DNA from: Malacoraja senta | Taxonomy: Eukaryota | DNA: 64,000 bases | NCBI GenBank assembly: GCA_038087875.1 | Contig: CM075987.1 | Coordinates: 22,508,001-22,572,000, forward strand | Direction of reading: 5' to 3' | Shown here: positions 38,588 to 49,959 of the stretch, in pieces | Position numbering within the stretch: the first letter of the stretch is position 1 | How the letters are laid out: each line of letters begins with the position of its first letter | Notes under the pieces: generated by a model | What the model saw: only the letters and a program-made list of their open reading frames with translations | Told to the model about the DNA's origin: nothing | Databases searched by the model: none | Translations under genes and position numbers: made by a program

Positions 38588-38913
38588 CTCCAACAGCAGG
38601 TCTCTGTTCTTCATCATGGCCTTGTTCTTCTCTTCGCTCTGCATTGCAAAGTCCTTAGCCCACTTGTAGTTCTCCTCCTTGCATATCTTCAGCTCCTCGC
38701 TGAAGTTGTTGCGCTCCTCCCGCATCTTCCAGAAGCGCTCCTGGTGCTTGTGCAGCTCGTTCAGCTTCACCTGCAGCTGCTTGATGAGGTCCTCCTTCGT
38801 CTTCAGCTGGGCGGTCACCTCCTGGGCCCGCCGCTGACTCTGCATCACCGCCTGCTGCTGCTTCTGAACCTCCGCCATCAGCAGCTCCGTCAGGCTTGAT
38901 TCTCCACCCGCAT
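38588..38913 (-). CDS. CARD9: CARD9 third coding exon (start of coiled coil); gene continues into the gap
   Basis: Acceptor gcttag|AT, donor GAG|gtgggt. 326 nt. Encodes DAGGESSLTELLMAEVQK...HKHQERFWKMREERNNFSEELKICKEENYKWAKDFAMQSEEKNKAMMKNRDLLLE. Confidence 0.93.
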
Positions 38914-39977
38914 CTAAGCAAAAAAACAGTCAGCCCCTCGTCAGTGGCCGGGCTGGGACAACACACCCCAGAGCTAAAGCATCTCCTCCACCTCCCCACT
39001 GCAAGGTCCACTGATAGATGTGTGGCCTCCATCAGGCATGGCCGCTGCTTCCCTCTGCAGCCGCTCCCAATCTCTGTTCTCATTGTGTCTGAACCTTCAA
39101 AATGAACGTTGTAGTCTATTCATCCAGAGGAGGAATTGGATCTTCATTCAATTTCTCGCAACATCGCCCCGCAAACAACTAGCAGCACTCAAGACCAAGC
39201 GCAGATACGGCAGCTGTTGTGTTGAACACTTGAGCTTGGTCCACCAAGGCCTGCTGGATCTCCCGGTTGCAAACCATTTAAATTCCCATTGCCAGAGTAA
39301 GGCCACAGGAACAACTCCTCACATTCGCTCGGGGAGCTTACAGTCCAACATTGAATTTCCCAATTTTATCTACCTCCTCCTTTTTCACTCACATTTGGAG
39401 TATTGCGTGCGGTTCTGGTCACCCCATTACAGGAAGCATTTGAAGGCTTTGGAAAGGGTGCAGAAGAGATTTATCGAACATATGGATAAGAGGGTATTCC
39501 CTACAAGGAGACGTTGAGCAAAGCTGGATTGGTTTCCAGAGGTTGAGAGGAGACCTAATAGAAATATATACAATAATGAGAAGCATAGATAGGATAGGCA
39601 GTCAGACACATTTTTCGACAGAATGTAAACGTCTGAGACATAGCTTTAAGTTAAGAGGGGTAAAGTTTAAAGGAGATGTGTGGAGCAATATTTGTTGAGA
39701 ATGGTGGGTGCATAGAACACGCTGTCAGGGATGGTGGTGGACGCAGTTTTGAATAGTGGTATTAGGAGGCTTTTAGAGAGGCACATGGATGTGCAGGGAA
39801 TGGAGGGATAGGATCACATGAAGGCAAGGGAGATTAGTTTAACTTGGCATCATGTTCGGCATGGACATTGTGGGCCGAAGGGCCTGTTTCTGTGCTGTAC
39901 TCTTCTATGTCTATATTTTCTTAGATTGATGCGAAACCAGAGGAGGAGGGAAAGGTTAAAGGGTGTGTTTCCTTTAC

Positions 39978-40115
39978 CGAGGATAACGGAGAATGTGCGC
40001 GTGGGGTCTTGCCCTGTGATCTTCCTGTACAGGTCGGGGTAGTAGAGTTCCAGACTCTCCAGGAAGGCGATGTAACCCTTGCACCCGGTCCGCTGGAGAA
40101 TGTCGAGCAACACGC
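39978..40115 (-). CDS. CARD9: CARD9 second coding exon (C-terminal half of CARD)
   Basis: Acceptor tttcag|GC, donor CTC G|gtaaag. 138 nt. Encodes GVLLDILQRTGCKGYIAFLESLELYYPDLYRKITGQDPTRTFSVIL. Confidence 0.95.
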
Positions 40116-40246
40116 CTGAAAACACAAGGAGCACAGGTCAGTGTCTATGGTGCACTACCCTGCCCCTCACCTCTGCCCCGGGGATGTTTGCTGCAGACCA
40201 CGACACACCGAGGTTAACTGAGGCTACCTCAGTTGAGGCTACCAGA

Positions 40247-40563
40247 GGGCGGCACGGTGGTGCAGCGGTAGAGTTGCTGCCTTACAGCGTCAGAGACCAG
40301 GGTTCGATCCCGACTACGGGAGCTGTCTGTACGGAGTTTATTCGTTCTCCCCGTGACCTGCGTGGGTTTTCTCCGGGATCTCCTGTTTCTTCCCACACTC
40401 CAAAGACATACAGTTTTGTAGGTTAATTGGCCTCGGTAAAATTATAAATTGTCCCTAGTGCGTGTAGGATAGTGTTAGTGTCCGGGGTGATCACTGGTCA
40501 CGCAGACTCGGCGGGCCGAAGGGCCTGTTTCCGCGCTGTATCTCTAAACTTAACTAAACTAAA
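40247..40563 (+). mobile_element. HE1/V-SINE-type SINE, full length
   Basis: gggcggcacggtggtgcagcggtagag...gggttcgatccc...V core...ctaaactaaac tail. Other plus copies at ~42868-43086, 46611-46872, 50442-50730, 52276-52584 and 52903-53189. Confidence 0.9.
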
Positions 40564-40794
40564 TCAGCCTTTCAAAAACAGTACCTGTATCCACCTATCA
40601 CTTGCTAGGCTTTGTCCTGCCCCATCCTCTCTTCCAGCTTTCTCTCCCACCCCATCCCCCTGCCCCCCACAATTTGAAGAATGGTCCCGACCCCAAAGGT
40701 CACCTATCCATGTTCTCCATAGATGCTGCCTAACCAGTATGTATAATCAGCATCTGTAGTTCCACCAGATTCAGGTACAGTTTCTTCCAGCTGT

Positions 40795-41280
40795 TATAGA
40801 AACATAGAAACATAGAAAATAGGTGCAGGAGGAGGCCATTCGGCCCTTCGAGCCAGCACCGCCGTTCATTGTGATCATGGCTGATTGTCCCCTATCAATA
40901 ACCCGTGCCTGCCTTCTCCCCATATCCCTCGACTCCACTAGCCCCATGAGCTCTATCTAACTCTCTCTTAAATCCATCCAGTGATTTGGCCTCCACTGCC
41001 CTCTGTGGCAGGGAATTCCATAAATTCACAACTCTCTGGTTGAAAACGTTTTCTCACCTCAGTCTTAAATGACCTCCTCTTTATTCTAAGACTGTGGCCT
41101 CTGGTTCTGGACTCGCCCAACATTTTTCCTGCATCTAGCTTGTCCAGTCCTTTTATAATTTTATATGTTTCTATAAGATTCCCCCTCATCCTTCTAAACT
41201 CCAGTGAATACAAGCCTAGTCTTTTCAATCTTTCCTCATATGACAGTCCCGCCATCCCAGGGATCAATCTCGTGAACCTA
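40795..41280 (-). mobile_element. CR1 LINE 3' fragment
   Basis: RFTRLIPGMAGLSYEERLKRLGLYSLEFRRMRG; (catagaaa)n tail as read on the plus strand. Confidence 0.9.
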
Positions 41281-41609
41281 ATCTCGTTATCAGGCAACTG
41301 AGCCATGCTACCACAACCAGAGAGCAGTGGTGAACTACTATCTATCTCATTGGTGACCCTCGCACTATCTTTGGTCGTAACTTTACTGGCTTTACCTTGC
41401 ACTAAACGTTATTCCCTGATCATGTATCTCCATACACTGTGAATGGCTCGATTGTAATCATGTATTGTCTTTCAGCTGATTGGTTAGCACGCATCAAAAG
41501 CTTTTCACTGTACCTCGGTGCACGTGACAATAAACTAAAACTGATCTGAGTTGCTTCCTCCCACCCTTTGGCCTGACTCCGTGGCCACACCGCCCCTCCG
41601 GGCACTCAC

Positions 41610-41799
41610 CGACTTTCCGCCTACGGATGACGAGGCTGGGGTCGTTGAAGATCTGCTCCTCGTCGTCATGGTTGAGGACCTTGCACTGGCGGAGGTAAGG
41701 AGTGATCCGGCACGGCTCGATCACCGACGTGAGCCTCGCTCTGTAATTCTCCAGCGTGTTCCACTGCTCCTCAGCATCGGACTCCTGGTGATCAGACAT
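41610..41799 (-). CDS. CARD9: CARD9 first coding exon (N-terminal CARD)
   Basis: Kozak ccaccATG at 41799; MSDHQESDAEEQWNTLENYRARLTSVIEPCRITPYLRQCKVLNHDDEEQIFNDPSLVIRRRKV; donor G|gtgagt. Likely acceptor 14 nt upstream (exon start 41813). Lies downstream of SNAPC4 on the same strand, as in the human locus. Confidence 0.95.
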
Positions 41800-42014
41800 G
41801 GTGGAGCAGCTCCCTAGCGAGCTCACTGCCCAAATGCCACACAACAGCGGTCCCACTGGCCGTGTATCCTCAATAAGGATGGGGAAATAGTTATTTAATA
41901 TTTAGAATTCGAAGAGTATTTGTTTTTACTTTGTATCATAGTTTGTTTGTACTGTTTTGTATTGTACATATCAATTTTTGTAAATAATTGATTACAATTA
42001 TTTTTGTAAAACAA

Positions 42015-42375
42015 ATGGATTGGACAGGCTAGATGCAGGGGGAAATGTTCCCGATGTTGGGGGAGTCCAGAACCAGGGGCCACAGTTAAATAATAAGGGG
42101 TAGGCCATTTAGGACTGACATGAGGAAACACTTTTTCACCCAGAGAGTTGGGAATCTGTGGAATTCTCTACCACAGAAGGCAGTGGAGGCCAATTCGCTG
42201 GATGTTTTCAAGAGAGAGTTAGATTTAGCTCTTAGGGCTAAAGGAATCAAGGGATATGGGGAAAAGGCAGGAACGGGGTACTGATATTAGATGATTAGCC
42301 ATAATCATATTGAATGGTGGTGCTGGCTCGAAGGGCCGAATGGCCTACTCCTGCACCTATTTTCTATGTTTCTAA
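42015..42375 (+). mobile_element. CR1 LINE 3' fragment
   Basis: ttggacaggctagatgcagg...ctcctgcacctattttctatgtttcta. Confidence 0.88.
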
Positions 42376-44101
42376 ACACAGCAGTCCCACTTCACACTGT
42401 GCAGAACACGCCCAGAGGTCGTGTAGGAACCTGCTGTGAAAACGAGGACTTGTCAGCGGCGGTTGCTGCTACCTGCAACGTTTTTGTTTAAAACAAAAAC
42501 TCCGTGATTTAATTTGCACCAAGAAACCACAAGAAATACAATAATTTGCAGATTACTGGGGCATCGACATTGCTTTTGTTATTTTATTTTAAAATTCTAA
42601 ACACTAAAACCGTCTTTACGAATGAACAATTTCCTTCCGTTTTATAGAAAAAAATTTATTTTGCATTTCAATAAATTTTTGACATTCATTTTTTTTAAAA
42701 GCACTGTACAAAACATAAAGGGGTTACTCGGCTGTCCAGGCAGCAACTCTGGAGGACATGGCAGACGCTGTCTCCACTTTACCGAGACGGTTCGGCCCGA
42801 CCACTCAATACTAACCCACTGGCCATTAACCAACGGCCAGTAATGCCCGCTCTTACCTGTCCCTAGCTGGGGCGGCACTGTGGCGCAGCGGGAGAGTGCC
42901 TTACAGCGAATGCAACGCCAGGAGACCCGGGTTCGATCCCGACTACGGGCATGGAGTTTGTACGTTCTTCCCCCGATCTTTTCTCCGAGACTCCCACACT
43001 CCAAATGTGAGAGGATCGCTGGTCGGCGCATACCCTGTGACGCCGAAGGGCCTGTATCCGCGATGTATCTCTAAACTAAACTAAACCTCACTGTATCGAC
43101 AGTGCCCCCCCCCCCCCCGTCTTCCACACCAGATCCGCATTCGCTCTTTGTCTTAGGACACCATTCAATCGGAGACTTAAGCTGCATTTAAATTGCAAAG
43201 CGTTGCTTCTCCCTGGCAGTGGGGTGGTAAACAGAAGCGTTTCACGTTTCGCTCAAAGTCCAATATAACCCGCCCATCAAAGTTGAAGCCTTGTTGACGT
43301 TTGGTTCATGGCAAGATACAGTAACGAAACTGGCCCCTTCAGCCCACAGAGGCTACGCCACACTAGTTCTATGTTATTCCACGTTCTCGTCCACTCCCTT
43401 CACACTAAGGGCAATCTGCCGAGCCCAAAGTGTTTATCTTTAAATAACAGGTGATCTCTGAAGAAGGGTCTTGACTCGAAACGTCACCCATTCCTTCTCT
43501 CCAGAGGTGCTGCCTGTCCCCACTGAGCTTTTTGTGTCCATCTTCGGTTTAAACCAGCATCTGCAGTTGCTTGCTTCCTACACATCTCAAAACTCTCACT
43601 CGAAACTAGACTTTGCAGTTATTGGAGGAAACGGAACTGATAACTCACCCCCTAAAACCAAGATAATGCGTTTAAAAGATGTCTATTGAGAGATTAGGTT
43701 TGGTTGGCACCTCTTACTTAAAATAGTGGACCGGTGATACGTTTCATAGATAGGGGTAGAGAGACAGACGCTCTCTCCCAGGGTAGAAAGGGAAAATACT
43801 AGAACACAGAGGTTTAAGCTGGGAGGGGCAAAAGTCAATGGAGATGTATGGGGCAAGTTTCTTTATTTACAGAGGAGGTGGTGGGTGCCTGGAGTGTGCT
43901 GCCAGGGATGGTGGTGGAGGCAGATATATGATAGTGTGGTGTTTAAAAAGTATTTTGGTTAGGCACACGGATATGCAGGGGATGGGAGGATATGGACCAT
44001 GTGCAGGGAGAGGCGATTCATTCAACTTGCGATCATGTTCAGTAGAGACATTGTGGGATGAAGGGCCTGTTGATGAAGCAGCCAGTCCTATCTATTTTCT
44101 A

Positions 44102-44197
44102 AGGTACACAAAAATGCTGGAGAAACTCAGCGGGGTGCAGCAGCATCTATGGAGCGAAGGAAATAGGTAACGTTTCGGGCCGAAACCCTTCTTCAGA
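44102..44197 (-). mobile_element. 96-bp Penelope-end insertion with hammerhead-like motif
   Basis: 14-bp TSD ctatctattttcta (44088-44101 / 44198-44211). A similar copy at 48092-48191 has a 15-bp TSD tccattactgaaggt. Confidence 0.8.
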
Positions 44198-44538
44198 CTA
44201 TCTATTTTCTACGTTGATTCAGCCAAAGTTGGACTGAATTTGGATAAACGTTTAACATAAAAATAGGTACCTTTAACAATTGCTCTGCACTCAGTACTAC
44301 TCAGTATCACAAACCCACGTCCCAAGTGGGATTTAAACCTTCACCTTCCTGCCTCAGAGGGTGCAAGTGTGACCCACAGACGCAGAAGGCGTGCGATACA
44401 TGGCTCCCAACAACACACTTGGTTCCAACTAAACCTTCTCCCTCATGGATCTGTGTCTCAGAACCTGACCGGACAGGAAGTTCTAAGCACCTTTTGTGTC
44501 CTGGATACTATTTAAAAATCACTGCACAAGACACTTAC

Positions 44539-44660
44539 CTGATGAGCTGGGAGCCGAGGGTGGGTGCTGCCGGGCGCTGGAACAGCACAGATTGTCTGGA
44601 AGAGGAAGTCTTAATGAATTGTGAAGTGGAACAAAATGGGTGAGGTCATCTCGCAGAGCT
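44539..44660 (-). promoter_or_regulatory. CARD9: Candidate non-coding first exon and myeloid promoter of CARD9
   Basis: Perfect donor CAG|gtaagt (exon end 44539) in unique sequence about 2.7 kb upstream of the CARD9 ATG exon. PU.1/ETS-like GAAGAGGAAGT at ~44599-44609 and a further CAGGAAGT at ~44474. The 5' end is not determinable. Confidence 0.5.
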
Positions 44661-47600
44661 GAGGCTCCAGCGCTTACTCATTTCCCTCATTCAATTGATC
44701 ACAATCACTGAATAGTACAGCTTAAATTGTTTAGCCAGTTGGGCCGGTGCTAACTCTTTGAAAATGTTTCTCTATATAGTACACATTTTAGCATCAAGGT
44801 GGTACAGTAATGCAGCATTAGTACCCAACCCGAAACATCGACTAACCATTCTCTCCACTGATGTACCCGACCTGCTGAGTTATGCCAGCACTTTGTGTTT
44901 TACTTGGTATAGTAATGTTGTGGTTAGTGAATCAGAGACCTGGACCAGGAAGTCAAGTTCAAATGTTGGTTATAACTGACTGAAGAATGGCTCTGGAGAA
45001 GGGTCTCGACCTGAAATGTTACATATTCCTTATCTGCAGAGATGCTGTCTGACCCACTGAGTTATTCCAGCTTTTTGTGTCTATCTTCAATAACATGGTA
45101 TCCACTGATGAAGCACGTGGTGTAGAACACTCACTCCATCATTAAACATTCACCGAGAAATGTTTAATTTGCATTTAAAACATTGCTTCTACCATCTTCA
45201 TCACAGCCAGTGCCTTATGGACTGAAATATTATTTCTGCAGGTTGGTTTGGAATATCTCACCACCCCTTCGAGCAAAGGCTTCATAGTTCTGAATGCAAC
45301 AGAACAGATTAAACCTTCCCTGAAATGTTCAAAATATTTGGCAGGGCTGGCAGCAGCTGTAGAGTGAAATGGTTAACATTCTAGGAACTTCACACTGCAT
45401 CACCACACGAGCACTGTTTCCCAATGTTCATTGGGTGACTGCGGAGATTATAGGAAGTAAACTCACTACTACCACTTCTGTATTTCTATCCAGATCATTT
45501 ATCTAGATGTATTCATTTGGGCTCTTTATTCTTAAGCCCTTGATTACAGAATTGATAGCTTTAAAAGATGCATTCGAAGAAACCCATACAGCCCCGCTGT
45601 TAATGACTGGCCAAAGGTCCACTCTCGTTTGTAGAAGGTGAACCGGTCTGAAGGAACCATAAAAAGATTTTGCCTTGTAACTTCAGCTGCAGCAGGCGTC
45701 CCTTCTGGGGAGGTTGGGTTTGTGCTTCAGGTGGAGTCAGACTGGGGAGATGTCAGAGAATTCCAGTAATTTGCTTTGCTGGATTAAGGGTATTAGGTAT
45801 AAGGAGAGGCTGGACACACTTGCCTTCTTGAAGTTGAGAGATCTGATAGAAGTATATAATATTATGAGAAGGATAGACAGAGGTATATATTATGAGGCAT
45901 GGACAGGGTAGGGTGGCAGAAGTTGTTCTCAAGTTGTAAATGCCAAAAACTAGAGGGCACAGCTTTAAGGTGAGATGGGAAAAGTTTAAAGATTTGTGGG
46001 GCAAGTTGTTTTTTTTTTTACACAAGATGGTGGGTGCCTGGAACACAATGCCAGGGGTAGATAGTGGCATTTAAGAGACTTTTAGATAGGCACATGGATT
46101 TGCATGGAATTGAGGGATATGGATGATGTGCAGGCAGATGAGGTAGTTCATCTTGGCATTATGTTCGGCTCAGACACAGTGGGCCACAGGGCCTGCTCCT
46201 GTGCTGTACTGTTCTATGTTCAATTCATTTTGGGAGGAATGGTTAGTGATGGATGCTCTTGTGAACAAATGGACTTATTTGCCTTGCACCATATCACATT
46301 TCATGATTAAAGATGCAGCTTCACCCATTCAAATGTTGACTCAAGGACTGACTTCATGTGCAGAGGAAGTGATGCACGTATTAGAGGTAATTGAAACTTT
46401 GCACATCACTTCAAGGGGAATTCACCCAGACAGCCACAGTTTCAAGATTTCCTCGAGCCTTCTCCGTCATCTGCAGAAATTGAAAGCAAATACTAAGGTT
46501 AGTGGAATTCTGCTGGACTGCTCAGCAGGTAAGCCAGCATCTGCAGGGCAACAGGATGCTCAAGTTCAGTGCTCCTTCAACACTCTGAAAGGTAAATTAA
46601 GCGAAATTAAGTGCGGTAGAGTTGTTGCCTTACAGCGCCAGAGACCTGGGTTCAATCCTGACTATAGGTGGTGTCTGTACGTTCTCCCTGTAACCGCGTG
46701 GGGTTTCTCCGGATTCCTTCCACACTCCAAAGGCGTACGGGTTTGTAGGCTAATGGCTACTGTAAATTGTCTCCAGTGTATAGGATAGTGCAAGTGTTTG
46801 GGGCGATTGCTGGTCGGCGCAGACTTGGTGGCCGAAAGGCTTGTTTCTTCGCTGCATCTCTAAAGTCTAAAGCGAAATGTTAACTTGTTCTCTCTCCACC
46901 TATCTTGCAGGATAAATACCGACCCGAGTTTCTGACCATAAACATCATTTGCTTGGGGAATGTGAAAACTGGGAGGTTTGAGCTGCTCGGTGAAGTCCAA
47001 CATATCAAATAACCGGCTGCCATCCCAGAGATTATCCACATAGTGGGGGCTGGAGGGGAGGCAAAGACTCATACTAAGGAAGAATCCCGACCTCAAGTAA
47101 ACAGAATGAGGAAGAAAAGATTAATGAAGTGTCAGATTTTTTTTCCTTTATTATCCAAGGGTCATCTGGTTAAGACCATGATCCAAGTGAGGAAACAGGT
47201 TGCCTGCTTCAACTATCCCTGCTATCTGGAGAAAGCTCCCACCTATTGATCTTGTAACTCCACCATCTCTAGGTTACCAAAGAGTCCAATAAAATCCAAA
47301 CGCTGAGCATTAAAAAGAAGAAATTTATTTCTGAGTAAAATATTTCTTAATTTGCCACATACATGACACAATAATTATAAATGATCCAGGAAGCTGCAGG
47401 ATTCTGTACAATTGTCTCGTACAGAAGCTCTGTTAACACCAACCGTCTGTGGCCCCTGAAAGAAGGCCATAGGAAAGCAATGTCACGACTGGAGAAAACA
47501 ACGTGCCGGTCGGTCATTAACATGTCATGACAAACTTTAGAAGTGAACATTATTTGACCCCTTTCTTCCAAATATCTGCACAAAGTCCGTGTCAGTCAAT

Positions 47601-48492
47601 GGAAATTTAGTTGTGGGAGCGGTCTTTGCACTGGCCCTCAGCTTACACTCCATCTCCAGAAACCAAGTTCAAACGCGAAACAGGTCCAAGGAACTGTAAA
47701 CATCATGCCTAGAATGAAAGAACATCCGGATTAGCGCTTGGAAGGGAACTCGCAGAAAAGTCATTAGAACTCCAAAATACCAAAACGTGCAGGTTGTGCA
47801 TTAATTGGTTTCTGTAAATGGTTCTTAGTGTGTAGGATAGATCTAGTGTCCGGGTGATCAATGGCCGGCGTCGACTCAGTGGGCCTGTTTCCACGCTGTA
47901 TCTCTAAACCCAGTACGTGACTCAACTTCTGAGAAGCTTCCGGAAGGGTGAAAAGCTGCACAAACCAGTCCCTGGAGCAGCTGATTTCTATATCACTGTT
48001 TCAGGAGTCAGCCTGTGGGGTGCAATCCCACTCATTCTTCCCAATTAGTCAGTTTCAAATAAATTCACCGCACACCTCCATTACTGAAGGTGGACGAAAA
48101 TGCTGGAGAAACTCAGCGGGTGAGGCAGCATCTAGGGAGCGAAAGAAATAGGCAACGTTTCGGGTCGAGACCCTTCTTCAGACTCCATTCTTCCATTACT
48201 GAAGGTAGTTACAGAGCAGCAGTGCGAGCCCGTGAGCATTCACGGATGGGTTCAGGATAATTATTGTCACGTGTACTGAGATACAGCGAAAACATTTGTT
48301 TTGCGTGTTATCCATCAAATCACACACACACGTACATAAACACAATCAAGCTGAACACAAGTACTGTAGAGCAAAGGGAAAGCTAGAGTGCAGAATTTAG
48401 TTTGCAGCATTGTAGCGCACCAGTTCCAGAGACAACGTTAAAGGGATAATGGACATGATCACACCTATTTCTCACACCTCTGCTCTCATGCT

Positions 48493-49959
48493 GTAGCGAA
48501 GTTACAAAACGTACCTTCAGCGGCGCTGCAGTTCTGCCACTGGCCGTGTGCGCGACTTTAGCGCCTTTGAGGGGGGGGGGGGGTGGCGGGATTAAAATCC
48601 AGTTTCTACTGCTTATCGGAGGCGGACTTCCTCGGGCTGCTAGCTGCTGAAGAATAATCGATCGGACTTCCGTTCCCGATTTTTTTTTAAATTGCGAGAC
48701 AATTTAATAATTATATCAAAATAAAAAGTGACTTCTAACGCCCTCAACGCCTACAACGTGACGGATCGCAAGAACGGGACAAAACAAAGGTTAAGTCGTT
48801 TATTTTACATATAAACTTGCTTCTTGGGATGGCTTTAATCTAATTTTATGTTGCGAAAATATTATTTGGGCCCCATACGAACCGGCAGTGTTTTTCATGC
48901 CTATATGGAGTTCAAATTCACCGCAAATGCAACGTTCCAATCGATTGCGTTCCAGAAAAACCCACTCGCAAGATGATTTAAATGCTCTTTTTTTTTTGTG
49001 GACAATCATGTCGTAAGAGCATCTAAATCGTCTATATTTTGTGTTATTGTCTATCCAGAGTCAATATTTTTATACTAAATATCACTTTTAGTCCCATGTA
49101 TTGTGCAAAAAAATAATAATTTTGATTATATTGAGTGGATGTTTAAACATTAAATTCCTTCCATCTGGCATATAAATTCATGACAGTATGATTTAAAAAT
49201 CATGTTATATTGTGAATTCTTGTGTGAATGGGATTAGTTTGTTATTTGGATACTTAGGCGATTTAAAAAAAAAAAAAAAATCTTAAGAAATGGAATCTAC
49301 AGGACATTCTTAATGGGAAAGTAGTGGGCAGAAAGGCATGTCATGCATGGTTTGAAGAGCAAAAACTTGTAGTTTACAATGCCAAAATTGAAAAGTTGAG
49401 GAAAAACAAGGTGTACAGAGTTGCTTATTGGTTACAATCTGAGGAGTATGATGATGCGACTGATTATGATATGCCAATGTACCAGCTAGCAACTGGTCTT
49501 CTCCATAAAGACCTGGTCTATTGCTAGAAATTATAATTTATTTACATATCTGTTACGGACTTACAGCATATAATACAATAATATTAAAATTTTGTAATTA
49601 ACTACAATTAGGTAATTAACTAGTTATATGCTTTAATTTCAGGTCATCCAAGTAAGATGTTTTATATTTGTTTCAGAATGCTTCAATCTATAATAACTGA
49701 AAATTTCATTCAGTTCTCTTAATTTTTAAGAAAGTTATGGGCTTTTGACTGTCCTCGATCACAGCTTTTGTGTTAAGTCAATGGAAAAGCAATAGGGAAC
49801 AAAATAATAATTTCCGAGCATGAAAATGGCCATAACTTTTTTAATACTGAAGATATGAAAGTGAATTAGGTGTCAAATTAAACTTCTTTTTATGCTTTAT
49901 CTGATAGGATAAATTGCAGACTTGATTTTTTAAATCTCAAAATGTTGTAACATTGCTAC
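48493..49959 (+). mobile_element. Non-autonomous DNA transposon with short imperfect TIRs and 5-bp TSD
   Basis: ATGCT|GTAGCGAAGTTACAAAA ... TGTTGTAACATTGCTAC|ATGCT. Lies immediately upstream of, and probably within, a decayed Penelope fragment. Confidence 0.8.
49291..49527 (+). pseudogene. Transposon-borne C-terminal coding remnant, Spindlin/Tudor-like domain
   Basis: WNLQDILNGKVVGRKACHAWFEEQKLVVYNAKIEKLRKNKVYRVAYWLQSEEYDDATDYDMPMYQLATGLLHKDLVYC*. By-eye similarity to Spin/Ssty repeats; no in-frame ATG precedes the domain. Confidence 0.55.

Noticed and set aside
35031..38588. CARD9-NTMT1 fusion gene
   Set aside because: Spans an unsized gap. NTMT1 is complete with its own ATG, and its start exon has an in-frame TGA two codons before that ATG.
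38212..38658. ORFs containing long X runs
   Set aside because: Artefacts of translating through the 200-N gap.
46153..46788. 211-aa ORF
   Set aside because: Begins in a LINE tail and ends in a SINE; no recognisable domain.
48438..48460. Kolobok-like start TTAAAGGGATA just upstream of the GTAG element
   Set aside because: No matching inverted end with TTAA found. The ATGCT-flanked boundaries explain the insertion better.
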